Assembly (NCBI GenBank): GCA_903828975.1
Contig: CAIKOD010000038.1
Location: 3,187-67,186 of the forward strand
Length of the DNA stretch: 64,000 nt
From: an uncultured Methanomicrobiales archaeon
GTDB lineage: Archaea; Halobacteriota; Methanomicrobia; Methanomicrobiales; Methanospirillaceae
Direction of reading: 5' to 3'
The position numbers were made by a program, and so were the translations under genes. This document shows, piece after piece, positions 40,701 through 49,113 of this stretch. Position 1 is the stretch's first letter; every line of letters starts with the position of its first letter. The notes beneath the pieces were generated by a model. The model did no database searches and was not told the DNA's origin. It worked only from the letters and a program-made list of their open reading frames with translations.

Positions 40701-40765
40701 GGTTTGAGATGGTCGTGCTGAAAGATGCATGGCGTATTGACGAGGCGGATAGGAAGCAGGACTAA
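37727..40765 (+). CDS. Hybrid sensor: receiver domain + multiple PAS domains + histidine kinase
   Basis: REC (VLYVDDEP...IISDYLMPEMDG...FYIQKG), at least 5 PAS-like units, H-box VTRHDINNQL, N-box NLMDNAVRYG, and G-boxes EDDGPGV and NTGLGLFLSREIL. Confidence 0.9.
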   Translation: MADVLRVLYVDDEPGLLEISKLFLEKVGAFSVDTVPSAKEALIRLNTERYDAIISDYLMPEMDGIMFLVELRVLGNTTPFIIFTGRGREEVVIEALNEGADFYIQKGGDPESQYVELAHKIRSAVSRQRTENQAKDTERRLHDITNFLPDATFAIDKEGFVIAWNRAIEEMTGVPANDMLGKGNYEYSVPFYGERRPILIDLVSIPDDERTTGRYSNIKREGSIITAETSLPRPSGRYSVLMGRASVLYNSKGDVIGAIESIRDITEQKRNEESLGESGQKYRTVIEQSNDGIFIAQDGLLVFHNPSFATLTGYSSADLYGRSIADLIAPEDRDLVLTRHRERSAGKALPEEYEFSVLHHDGTTRIRVIMHISSASVGGRPATIGTLHNVTEERRREEALRVSEEKYRSVIENIQDMFYRSDREGNLIMASPSCIRKLGYGSIDEIINKPISETFYISPEKRKEMVRIIDEKGFIEDSEVQLKRKDGSPLWVTSSSHHYRDENGMIAGIEGIFHDISERKLADKALRESELLFREVFNNANDAVFLLERTPDGPGNYLLVNDKAVRMLGYSEEELLAMSPRDIVPDEFHKKIMPGIIKKLLKDEHATFESSHRRKDGSIYPVEVSTHTFRYMEKDVDLSIVRDITERKRAEESERESEVRYRTVFENAGDAIAVHDLEGNFVEVNNVICRRFGYSREELLTMKVADVDDPVHARNVEGLIRELTKKGHIFFETVHITRDGRQISEEVSAVLINLGNKPHVMSIARDITERKELEKEMEHHAQELRKFSTSLASANKKFTLLSSVTRHDINNQLAMLRGYLAILEDSKPAPSQEEYFRKASAAAQRISAMIHFTKEYEQIGVNSPVWQDLRTLVETASKQTQLGKINVKNELPGGAEVFADPLIIKVFYNLMDNAVRYGGDITTIRFSVEEHDSDHILICEDDGPGVTSEEKEKIFDREFGKNTGLGLFLSREILDITGITITETGEPGRGARFEMVVLKDAWRIDEADRKQD

Positions 40766-40780
40766 AAGAAGGGAAAAATA

Positions 40781-41139
40781 GGCTCTGTAGAAACCCAAAC
40801 CCTGCATATTTAAAAAAAGAGGGGATACGTAAGACCAGGAGGGGGTTTCACCCCCTCCCTGCCCCATCCCCGATACGATATTCATTGACAGGGTTCAATT
40901 GGGACATTCAAGGAAATTTCAGAAATTTGAAGATCATTCCTTATCCCAATCGGGGTCGCCAAAGCGGCGGTCCATGAGCCCCGGGAGCGTGACGAATTTT
41001 TGGAATTACCAATCTGCAAGATAGATTTGAGAGGATTTCCCATGAAAATGTCCGAACGAGCCGTAATCTAAAGAGATTTGAAACAGGCATTTTCATGGTT
41101 GGGGTGTGAACACCCGTTCATGTGTGTTTCTACAGAGCG
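40781..41139 (+). mobile_element. MITE family 1, copy 5 (long form) with perfect 8-bp TSD
   Basis: GGCTCTGTAGAAACCC...GTTTCTACAGAGCG is flanked by GAAAAATA at 40773-40780 and at 41140-41147. It lies between two convergent kinase genes. Confidence 0.9.
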
Positions 41140-41251
41140 GAAAAATAAGATTCCGGTTCCCCCCGGGTGTCTGCCACAGGGAATCCAATAGTGTAAAAGG
41201 ACTACTCCTTCAGTATACCAGGAACAGGTGTGGGCTTTCCTGATCCCATTT

Positions 41252-43324
41252 TTAGTCTCCTTTCCGGGTTCCATTCCCGGAATACCGGTACATCCCGTTC
41301 GGCACGGTGATCTCAAACCGTGCCCCTTTGCCGGGTTCACCCGATTCACGGATGTCAAGACCTGTTATGGAGAGAATTTCCCGGGTAAAGAAGAGGCCCC
41401 GTATCATTGTGATACTCCCCTCACGATGCAAAAAGATCTGTTCCTTCCTCTCATAAGGGATTCCAGTACCGTCGTCTTCTAAGAAAATCGTGACTCCTTC
41501 GGGAGTCGCTGTATGCCAGGCCCGGATCCGGGTGACATGGCCCCCGTGGGCCAGCGAGTTCTCAAAAAGTCCCTGGAACGCCTTCTCAAGCAAAGGATCG
41601 GCAAAAATCTCGAGATTTTCCATTTCAATGCTGTGCTGGACATCCCGCATTGATACATGGGAGAGCCCGAACAGTAACGTCATCTTCACGTTCTGCCATG
41701 CCGGAGGTTTTTCGCCCAAATCCTGGTAATCCCTGGCAAATTCAGTAATCTGGCTAATTGACCTGGCCGCCAGTTCACATTTTTGTATACTCTCAATAAT
41801 CCTTTCCTGCCCATGGGCTTCCTGTGTTGCAAGCTCAAGGTAACTATTCAGGACAAAGAGCTCGTTCGTCAATTCTCTTCTTGTCAACCGGGAGATTACA
41901 TTGAGTCTCTGGTTGACCTTCAGCAGGGTGTCTTCGGTGAGCTTGCGATCGGTGATGTCGCGCACAACGCCTGTCAAACCCGTTCGCGAGCCGTCACTGC
42001 CCAGAAAGGCTGTAATATGAAGATCGAACCAAGTCCAGACGTTTTGAATCTCCAGACCATATTCAGCCTTTGCCGGGTTTCCGGTCTGCAAGGTATGCAT
42101 CAGTGCGTTTCTGATGATCCCGTTTGCCGGCTCAGGGAAGCCGACTTCATCAAAGTGTCTGCCAATAAAAAATTCGGGCCTGACGAAAAGCTTACCGTTA
42201 TGAGGTTCGTAATATTCCCTGAAAATCAGTTCCTGGTCTAAAACAAAGACCAGATCATCCATGCTCGCAATGAGCGAGCGCATGCGATGCTCACTTCCCC
42301 GCAGTGCATCTTCCGCCCTTTTCCGCTCTGTGATGTCGAGGATGACCATGAGGACAGAGGGGACGCCGGCAACATCAATCGTAATTGCAGAAAACAAGCC
42401 GTCCAGCACATCGTTGTTTTTCCTGGTCACTTTCACATCAACATCGAGGATCTGCCCTGTCTCTTTGAGCTGGCGTTGGATGACTTCCCTCTGGTAAGGG
42501 TCAGAAAACAGACCGAGATCTGATGTAGATCTCCCGATTACCTCATCCCGGGAATAGCCAAGCGTCTCCAGGAACGATGAGTTCGCGTCAAGAAATTTGT
42601 CTTCTTCGATTGAGGATACTGCCATAAGCGCGGGATTTGTGTGAAATGCACGGGAAAATTTGTCCTCCGATGCTGCAAGACGCTGTTGCTCTCTTCTGTT
42701 GCGCCGCTGGGTGAGCCCGAATGTGACAACAAGTACCAGCATAAGTAGAGTAACTGCAATGACAGCTGCAACCTCCTTTGCAATAGTATAGGTCCAGTAC
42801 CTGGCATCGACATCCATTGCGAAGAGAGCAACAAGCTGTCCCGTTTCCTGGTCAGTGACCGGAACGACGGAAGTTACCCAGGTCCCCCAGCGATCGGAGA
42901 GCGGACCTTCGGTCATATCCAGATTATTGGAAAATGCCTTTACGATACGGTCTGTTACTTCGGTATATACCTGCCCGGGAGGTGAGTAATCCGCGGAGTC
43001 CGCAGGTTCCGAGTCAACATAGAAGAATACCCCGTCAGGTCTCTGTCCCATCAGGTATGCAAACCGTACGGATGGATCGGCAGCAGTGATTCGTGCCATC
43101 TGAACTTTCAGATGCTGGTAGTCTGGAGATGCAATGTCGGACGGCGAACCGTTTAATGTTTCCACCATTGCAGGATCAATATTTTCTGCCGCAATTCTTG
43201 CCTTTGTTAACAGATCTTTCCGTAACTGCTGGTCCTGCTGCTGTGCTGTCCAGGCTGTCAGGAGCACCCCGGCTATGATGATGACAAGGGCGATGACCTG
43301 CCACCATGTGATATTCCGTGTCAT
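41252..43324 (-). CDS. Membrane sensor with extracytoplasmic Cache/CHASE-like domain, two PAS domains and a degenerate histidine-kinase core (H-box His replaced by Arg)
   Basis: TM - ~170-aa loop - TM, then PAS x2. The H-box position reads LTRRELTNEL where paralogues have TRHDILNQL. The N-box ENSLAHGG and G1 EDDGTGIP are retained, but G2 reads TMIRGLFF instead of NTGxGLFL. Confidence 0.85.
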   Translation of the reverse strand: MTRNITWWQVIALVIIIAGVLLTAWTAQQQDQQLRKDLLTKARIAAENIDPAMVETLNGSPSDIASPDYQHLKVQMARITAADPSVRFAYLMGQRPDGVFFYVDSEPADSADYSPPGQVYTEVTDRIVKAFSNNLDMTEGPLSDRWGTWVTSVVPVTDQETGQLVALFAMDVDARYWTYTIAKEVAAVIAVTLLMLVLVVTFGLTQRRNRREQQRLAASEDKFSRAFHTNPALMAVSSIEEDKFLDANSSFLETLGYSRDEVIGRSTSDLGLFSDPYQREVIQRQLKETGQILDVDVKVTRKNNDVLDGLFSAITIDVAGVPSVLMVILDITERKRAEDALRGSEHRMRSLIASMDDLVFVLDQELIFREYYEPHNGKLFVRPEFFIGRHFDEVGFPEPANGIIRNALMHTLQTGNPAKAEYGLEIQNVWTWFDLHITAFLGSDGSRTGLTGVVRDITDRKLTEDTLLKVNQRLNVISRLTRRELTNELFVLNSYLELATQEAHGQERIIESIQKCELAARSISQITEFARDYQDLGEKPPAWQNVKMTLLFGLSHVSMRDVQHSIEMENLEIFADPLLEKAFQGLFENSLAHGGHVTRIRAWHTATPEGVTIFLEDDGTGIPYERKEQIFLHREGSITMIRGLFFTREILSITGLDIRESGEPGKGARFEITVPNGMYRYSGNGTRKGD

Positions 43325-43388
43325 AGTATCCTACCCCGGCCGGTCATGTTCAGTCCGGTCCCTGCCTGAGCAAAGGATATCACTGCAA

Positions 43389-43487
43389 TCAAATACCCTT
43401 ACCCCCTGAACGCCATATACTATTCGGCACCGTCATCTCAAACCATGCCCCTTTGTGAGGTCAAGCCCCAAGGTGCATCTCCGGTAA
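43389..43487 (-). pseudogene. Relic of a histidine-kinase 3' end
   Basis: Minus-strand reading gives ..ITGDAPWGLTS / KGAWFEMTVPNSIWRSGGKGI* with a frameshift. At DNA level, TTCGGCACCGTCATCTCAAACCATGCCCCTTTG closely matches TTCGGCACGGTGATCTCAAACCGTGCCCCTTTG at 41298-41330. Confidence 0.5.
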
Positions 43488-43895
43488 TCACGTTACGATG
43501 ACTGTTGCCTTCATGGTAGGATGAATACTGCAGTGGTATGGATATGTACCGGGATTATCGAATTTAAACGAATACGATGCACCGTTCACCAGTGAGTTGC
43601 TCGTGAATACTGCACCCTGCGCAACCGATCCCTGGGCGTCGCTGACGATAGTGTGGCTTGCCGAGTCCTGGTTCACCCATGTTACGGTTGTCCCCCTGGG
43701 GACCGTGACAGTTGCGGGACTGAAGGCAAAGTTCTGGATAGTAACAGTCGGGGTCCCCGGGGCCTGGGATTGTGTCGTCGCAGGAGGCGTTGCCGGAGGG
43801 GCGTAACTGGTGCATCCCGCTATCATAATGAACATGGCGACGACTGTAACCCGGACTGACCAGTGAAATCGTTGTATGGTACATGGCATTTTCAA
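43488..43895 (-). CDS. Cupredoxin (type-1 blue copper, amicyanin/plastocyanin-like) lipoprotein
   Basis: Lipobox IAGCTS and a T/P linker. The copper ligands appear to be present: SASHTIV (His) and YHCSIHPTM (C-x2-H-x2-M). Confidence 0.75.
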   Translation of the reverse strand: MKMPCTIQRFHWSVRVTVVAMFIMIAGCTSYAPPATPPATTQSQAPGTPTVTIQNFAFSPATVTVPRGTTVTWVNQDSASHTIVSDAQGSVAQGAVFTSNSLVNGASYSFKFDNPGTYPYHCSIHPTMKATVIVT

Positions 43896-44136
43896 ATCAC
43901 TCCAGCACTTCCTCTTACCGGGAGAATATATAAGAATTTGCAGGAGTCAAACACAGGCCTGGTGAGCTTTAACAGGCATCCTGATGGGGTTTTATCTGCG
44001 GAAACTAAAGGGACTGCAGGCATTAATGGCGTGAATTGGGGATATAATCGTATTTAATGGTCTAAAATAAAGGGAAATAATTGATGCCTCTGCCAGGATC
44101 ACGTTTAAAAATGACACATTACCGGGAAGGTCAACT

Positions 44137-44394
44137 GGCTCTGTAGAAATGCTCTGATAATTTACAGCGATTTTGGGTGTTCCGAAATTAACCCACGCTC
44201 CCGGGGCTCCGCCCCGCCGCTTTGGCGACCCCGGTTGGGATAGAGACTATCCAAAAATACTCTGAATTTAATGTGCCTTCGGGAAACCCTGCGAGAAGAA
44301 TATCTTAATCGGGGCGGGGCAGGGAGGGGGTGAAACCCCCTCCTGTCTTCGTATTTCCCTTTTTTTTATGACACCGAAAGGTTTCAACAAAGCC
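44137..44394 (-). mobile_element. MITE family 1, copy 6 (short form, reverse orientation)
   Basis: GGCTCTGTAGAAATGC...reverse core...GGGAGGGGGTGAAACCCCCTCC...GGTTTCAACAAAGCC. No TSD detected. Confidence 0.75.
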
Positions 44395-44512
44395 CAAAAC
44401 CTTTCCAAATCAGGTTTTTTAAATGGTGTACTGCCCACCTCCCCAACCTGCTCCGGCATAATCTTATAATGAACGGACATTCAATGCCAATAGTAGATGA
44501 GGTGTACCAATC

Positions 44513-44731
44513 ATGGACAGGAAAGAAGCAGTTCGGTTATGTGTGTGCAGAATGTGCCCGAGTTTCGTCGATTGCGGGGAAGAGATCGTTTTCTGTATGG
44601 CAGTAAATAGTAAGAGCGGTTGTATATCGAAGGAAAAAGGGTGTCTCTGCCCGGGGTGCCCGGTCCAGGATTGGGAGGGGTTCCAGCATGTCTACTATTG
44701 CATCAGGGGAAGTGAAGCCGAACAGCACTGA
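44513..44731 (+). CDS. DUF2769-like Cys-rich small protein
   Basis: CVCRMCPSFVDC...CLCPGCPV pattern. Confidence 0.55.
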   Translation: MDRKEAVRLCVCRMCPSFVDCGEEIVFCMAVNSKSGCISKEKGCLCPGCPVQDWEGFQHVYYCIRGSEAEQH

Positions 44732-45521
44732 ACCAGATAGGACCTGGAAGTGCAATGTCTGCGGGTTTATTTTCAAAGGTGCAAGTCCTCCGGCCGAATG
44801 TCCTCAATGTTCCAGCACCGGAAGGGAATACTCAGAATTAACAGAGCGGGAAAAATACAGATATGACGGGAAAAATTTCGACGTCCTCCTGATCAATGGC
44901 AGCAGTCACCGGTCAAATAATACCGGATATATGATAGACCTTGTTGAAGAGGTTCTCAGGGAACGTGGAGTCAGTTACCGGCGTTATAACCTGAATGAAT
45001 TTCAAATCAACCATTGCTGGTGCTGTTATAGCATGAGGGACAATGCCTGCACCTATCCCTGCAGGGACCAGCTTGATGATATGTCTGCGTTTCATGAAAT
45101 GATTGTCGCATCAAAGGCTGTCATTGTCGGGTCCCCGATAAACTGGAACAATATGTCAGCACGACTCAAGGACTTTCTCGACCGTACGACCTGCCTCCAG
45201 AACCTCTACCTGTTGAGGAAACCGGGCCTGACCGATGGGAAGATAGTGGGGATTACGGTTTCCGGACATGAGGACGGGGCTTCAAAGACCGCCATGGATA
45301 TTTACCTGTATTTTCAGCAGATGGGATATCTGCTGGCGCCGTTCGGCGTTTCCTACCGGATTCATGGAGCGCAGTTCAACACGAAGACCGATTCAGACTA
45401 TCTGAAAAATGACCCGCTCGTTACCATTAAAGTCAAGGGAATGGCGAACAACGTTGTAGAAATGCTAAAACTCGATCTCGAGAAGAAGTTAAAAGGAAAA
45501 CTGGCACCGGTAGCAGAATAA
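44688..45521 (+). CDS. Rubredoxin-type zinc ribbon fused to a flavodoxin-fold FMN reductase / iron-sulfur flavoprotein
   Basis: WKCNVCGFIF...PAECPQCSS is followed by VLLINGSSHRSNNTG...HCWCCYSMRDNACTYPC...VGSPINWNNMSARLKDFLDR. It overlaps the preceding ORF by 44 nt. Confidence 0.7.
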   Translation: MSTIASGEVKPNSTEPDRTWKCNVCGFIFKGASPPAECPQCSSTGREYSELTEREKYRYDGKNFDVLLINGSSHRSNNTGYMIDLVEEVLRERGVSYRRYNLNEFQINHCWCCYSMRDNACTYPCRDQLDDMSAFHEMIVASKAVIVGSPINWNNMSARLKDFLDRTTCLQNLYLLRKPGLTDGKIVGITVSGHEDGASKTAMDIYLYFQQMGYLLAPFGVSYRIHGAQFNTKTDSDYLKNDPLVTIKVKGMANNVVEMLKLDLEKKLKGKLAPVAE

Positions 45522-45557
45522 TCATCAGGTAGAATGGTACCAGGGACCAGAATCTCA

Positions 45558-46871
45558 TCAGCCCGGTTCAATGCCGGGTGGCAGGCGGGACACGAGTACC
45601 TTGTCAAGCTTCATCCCGTCCATATCCACCACTTCGAACGAAAACCCGTTCCATTCGAAACGGTCACCGGTTTTTGGAATCCGCTGAAGCTGGAGCATGA
45701 CAAACCCTGCAAGGGTGTGAAACCTGTCTGCCTGTTCGTCAGGCCGTATTTCGACACCGATACTTTCCCGGAAATCCTCAACCGTTACGGACCCATCCAT
45801 GAGCCAGGACCCGTCCGCACGCACGATGATCTCGGCCTCCCTGGGCTCATCATCGGTGGGGAGATGACCGACGATCGCCTCGAGGATATCGTGGAGGGTG
45901 ATAAGCCCCTGGATATTGCCGAGTTCATCCACCACCATTGCGATGTGTAACCCCTCCTTTCTGAAATAATCGAGCAGTTTGAGCAAAGGAATGCTTTCCG
46001 GGACAAATAATGGTGTAGTGATTGCAGATTCAATATCCATTGTTTTTCCCTCCACCATCTGTACCCAGAGGTCCCTGATAGCGACGATCCCGAGGAAGTT
46101 ATCGAGTTCATCACGATAGACCGGGAAATAAGATCGCCTGCTCTCGACCATTTTTATCCAGATCTTTTCCGGGCTTTCGGTGATATCAAGTGCGACAACA
46201 TCAGGACGGAGGACCATGAACCTGCCTGCCTTCTGGTCTGCAAGGTTAAAAATTCCTTCAACCATATCAGCTTCTGCTTCCTCGAATACCCCTGCCTCTG
46301 TTCCCTGTTCAATAAGGATTTTAATTTCCTCCTCAGTTACTGGCGGCTCAGTGCCTTTTTTCAGGCGTAATACCCGTAATACCGCTTCGGTTGAATAACT
46401 CAGGAATACTACTACCGGGTACATTGCCAGGGAGAGAAGGCGTACCGGTCTTGCCACTTTTGAGGCGATTCTCTCCGCATCATTCATCCCAATCCATTTT
46501 GGAACGATTTCACCGAATAGCAGGGTAAAATAGGTGACCACAATGACTACCACGGTAAGTGCCAGTGCCTCACTATACGGGGCAAGGGACGGGACCCCCT
46601 GTATTACAAGGCTCAGTGATTCGGCCGTGGTGGCGCCACCGAATGCCCCGATAATAATGCTTATAAGCGTGATCCCGACCTGGATTGTGGAAAGGAAATT
46701 TGTGGGTTTCTCAGCGAGCGACAGTGCCTCGGCCGCATCTTTGTCTCCCTGTTCGGCTCTGTTCTGAAGGCGTGATTTTTTCGCGGCAACAATAGCAAAT
46801 TCCGCCATCACAAGGAGGCCATTAATAAGAATCAGGATTGCAATTAGAACAATCTCGTATGTTATGGACAT
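45558..46871 (-). CDS. CNNM/TlyC-family protein (DUF21 membrane domain + CBS pair + CorC_HlyC)
   Basis: LLVMAEFAIVAAKKSRL (DUF21), a CBS pair, and a C-terminal transporter-associated domain (...FEVVDMDGMKLDKVLV). Confidence 0.85.
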   Translation of the reverse strand: MSITYEIVLIAILILINGLLVMAEFAIVAAKKSRLQNRAEQGDKDAAEALSLAEKPTNFLSTIQVGITLISIIIGAFGGATTAESLSLVIQGVPSLAPYSEALALTVVVIVVTYFTLLFGEIVPKWIGMNDAERIASKVARPVRLLSLAMYPVVVFLSYSTEAVLRVLRLKKGTEPPVTEEEIKILIEQGTEAGVFEEAEADMVEGIFNLADQKAGRFMVLRPDVVALDITESPEKIWIKMVESRRSYFPVYRDELDNFLGIVAIRDLWVQMVEGKTMDIESAITTPLFVPESIPLLKLLDYFRKEGLHIAMVVDELGNIQGLITLHDILEAIVGHLPTDDEPREAEIIVRADGSWLMDGSVTVEDFRESIGVEIRPDEQADRFHTLAGFVMLQLQRIPKTGDRFEWNGFSFEVVDMDGMKLDKVLVSRLPPGIEPG

Positions 46872-46968
46872 TTGGCAGTACCTGCTAATATGTCCGAATC
46901 TCAATTATAGATTTCCTGTAACAGGAATGCCAATAATGCCGGGGTCACCAGGTATTTTAATTATGTTC

Positions 46969-47326
46969 GGCCTTGTTGAAATCCTATATCAAATAAAAAA
47001 ATTAACAGAACTGCTCAGACAGGAGGGGGTTTCACCCCCTCCCTGTCCCACCCCATTAAGATACTCTTGGACAGGGTTCAATTGGGGCATTCAAAGAAAA
47101 ATTTCAGAGATTTGGAGATCATACCCTATCCTAACCGGGGCCGCCAAAGCGGCGGGCCATGAGCCCCGGGAGCGTGACTAAATTTTGGAATAACCTAATG
47201 TACAAAATAGATTGAGAGCATTTCCCATGTAAATACCTGATCGGCCCCTGATGTAAAGTGATTTAGAACGAGGCATTTTTCAATTGTCCGGGAATGAACT
47301 TCCCATTCATGTGTTTCAACAGAGCC
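46969..47326 (+). mobile_element. MITE family 1, copy 7 (long form), TSD matches 7 of 8
   Basis: GGCCTTGTTGAAATCC...GTGTTTCAACAGAGCC is flanked by TTATGTTC (46961-46968) and TTATGGTC (47327-47334). Confidence 0.85.
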
Positions 47327-47577
47327 TTATGGTCCCCTTAATTTTTCCTGCCCCGGGTGATACAATGGAATGCCCGGTAGCAATTCTGACGGGGTTTTAG
47401 TGGGGAAAGCAATGGAAAACCCCCTGATGCAGTCTGTGCCCCCGGTATCACCCGCATAATGAGTTGTACCGGTATCGCACATCCTGGGGTTTCGTGACTG
47501 GTATCGTAGTACCATGAGGATATGCCGACCCCCCTCCCGCAATATCTATTTTTCAGTCCCTCCTACCTGAATACACC

Positions 47578-48273
47578 ATGTCTTCGAAAAAAATGTGTAG
47601 TATCCTCGCACTTCTTGTTGTTGCCCTCGTGTTCTCCGCAGGTTGCACGCAGTCCACGGTTCCAGACAAGGCTGTCACCCCGGCCACAACGCAAACCGGG
47701 ACCGCCGTCACAACAACCTCCGTTTTGACCACAGCCAGCACCCCCCCTGTGACCCCTGCCGCATCGCTGAATACGACGTCATCCCTGCCAACCCCGGCAA
47801 AAGACCCAAAACATGTGAAGCTCGAGACGACCATGGGGGACATTACCATTGCCCTTGACCCCGATATGCCCATTACCGCCGGTAATTTCGAATCGCTCGT
47901 AACGAGCGGGTACTATAACGGGGTTATTTTTCACCGCGTGATTAACGGGTTTATGATCCAGGGAGGCGACCCAACGGGTACCGGCAGGGGGGGCCCGGGG
48001 TACAAGATTTCGGATGAGTTCACAAGCCACAACAAGAACGTCCGCGGCGCCATCGCAATGGCAAATTCAGGTCCTGATACCGGGGGCTCCCAGTTCTTTA
48101 TCAACCTCGTTGACAACAGCGTCCGGTCCACCTTTGATACCAATTACCCGGTATTCGGGAACGTTGTCGGGGGAATGGATATCGTGGATGCGATTGGAAA
48201 GGTGCCGACCTCCGGTCCACCGAATGACCGGCCGCTGCAGAACGTGACGATCATTCGTACGGAATTGATCTGA
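47578..48273 (+). CDS. Cyclophilin-type peptidyl-prolyl cis-trans isomerase, lipoprotein form
   Basis: Lipobox FSAGCTQ and a T-rich linker. The cyclophilin motifs FHRVINGFMIQGGDPTGTG and GAIAMANSGPDTGGSQFFI are present. Confidence 0.9.
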   Translation: MSSKKMCSILALLVVALVFSAGCTQSTVPDKAVTPATTQTGTAVTTTSVLTTASTPPVTPAASLNTTSSLPTPAKDPKHVKLETTMGDITIALDPDMPITAGNFESLVTSGYYNGVIFHRVINGFMIQGGDPTGTGRGGPGYKISDEFTSHNKNVRGAIAMANSGPDTGGSQFFINLVDNSVRSTFDTNYPVFGNVVGGMDIVDAIGKVPTSGPPNDRPLQNVTIIRTELI

Positions 48274-48280
48274 ACGTAAA

Positions 48281-48288
48281 TTTTTTTT
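48281..48288 (+). terminator. Oligo-T tract after the PPIase gene
   Basis: A T8 run lies 8 nt after the stop codon. Confidence 0.35.
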
Positions 48289-48424
48289 ATGGAACTATTG
48301 GGATTTAACTAATTTCCGGTTCTGCTGATATCCCTGGCAGCATAACAGAACACCGGTGAAATTTATGGTCACAGGCCTTAAGTATGAAAATCGAATGGTT
48401 TTTCATGCCAGGTTAATAGAACTG

Positions 48425-48588
48425 TTTAGAAAGGAGGGGGATTTCGCCCAATCCCCGCACCACACCCGGAAAGATATTCTGTGTGCAGGGTTTACAACAG
48501 GGCTATTGAATATTTCAGAGAATAATTCACCCGCCTCTACCTCAACCGGGGCCGCCAAAGCGGCGGGGCGGAGCCCCGGGAGCGTCAG
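48425..48588 (+). repeat. MITE family 1, copy 8 (degenerate, truncated)
   Basis: A decayed hairpin A (GGAGGGGGATTTCGCCC) is followed by a well-conserved core, AACCGGGGCCGCCAAAGCGGCGGGGCGGAGCCCCGGGAGCGT. Confidence 0.6.
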
Positions 48589-48678
48589 ATGATTAACTGA
48601 TAGTTATTTTAAAAAACATAATGTCAAATGGACCTAATTTTTCAAAAGCCATCGTACCGGGAAAAAGAAATTTCAGGA

Positions 48679-48840
48679 TTACATTTCTTTCCGTTTTTTC
48701 GTTCTTTCCACCAGGACCAGAGCAACGTTTAAACCAAGCACGATTGCCCAGATGATGACTCCCGTCGCACTTCCAACGGCGTAACTATACACGATGGCGA
48801 TGACTGAGACCCCGGTGAGGATATAATTCAGCAAACTCAT
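48679..48840 (-). CDS. Possible 53-aa two-TM micro-protein
   Basis: Manual translation: MSLLNYILTGVSVIAIVYSYAVGSATGVIIWAIVLGLNVALVLVERTKKRKEM*. Confidence 0.35.
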   Translation of the reverse strand: MSLLNYILTGVSVIAIVYSYAVGSATGVIIWAIVLGLNVALVLVERTKKRKEM

Positions 48841-48885
48841 ACCGACTATATCTTTCTGGTCAGGCTATGATATAGCATTCGTTTT

Positions 48886-49113
48886 TCATGGATCAAATGT
48901 GCCTCGTTCCTTCTTCCTCGCTTTCAGTACCTCAATCGTGGTAAATACAATCGCTGCCTCGAGCGGGTCATCAAAATATGCAAGTCCGGGGCCTTGTATT
49001 CTCTCCAGTAATTGCACCAGTTCAATCCCGTATTTCAAATCATGACCCTGTAAATGGCGGACAATCCTTGACCACCGTTCTGCCAGGCGTTGTAAGTCTG
49101 TTGCTGTAACCAT
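48886..49113 (-). CDS. Hypothetical protein
   Basis: 75-aa ORF. No family recognised. Confidence 0.35.
   Translation of the reverse strand: MVTATDLQRLAERWSRIVRHLQGHDLKYGIELVQLLERIQGPGLAYFDDPLEAAIVFTTIEVLKARKKERGTFDP

Noticed and set aside
40836-40858. Hairpin A (GGAGGGGG-TTTCA-CCCCCTCC) as a functional intrinsic terminator
   Set aside because: Archaeal termination relies on oligo-T rather than hairpins. The adjacent A/T run is on the other side in half the contexts, and the copies lie in promoter regions as often as at 3' ends. It is kept only as an open question in the findings.
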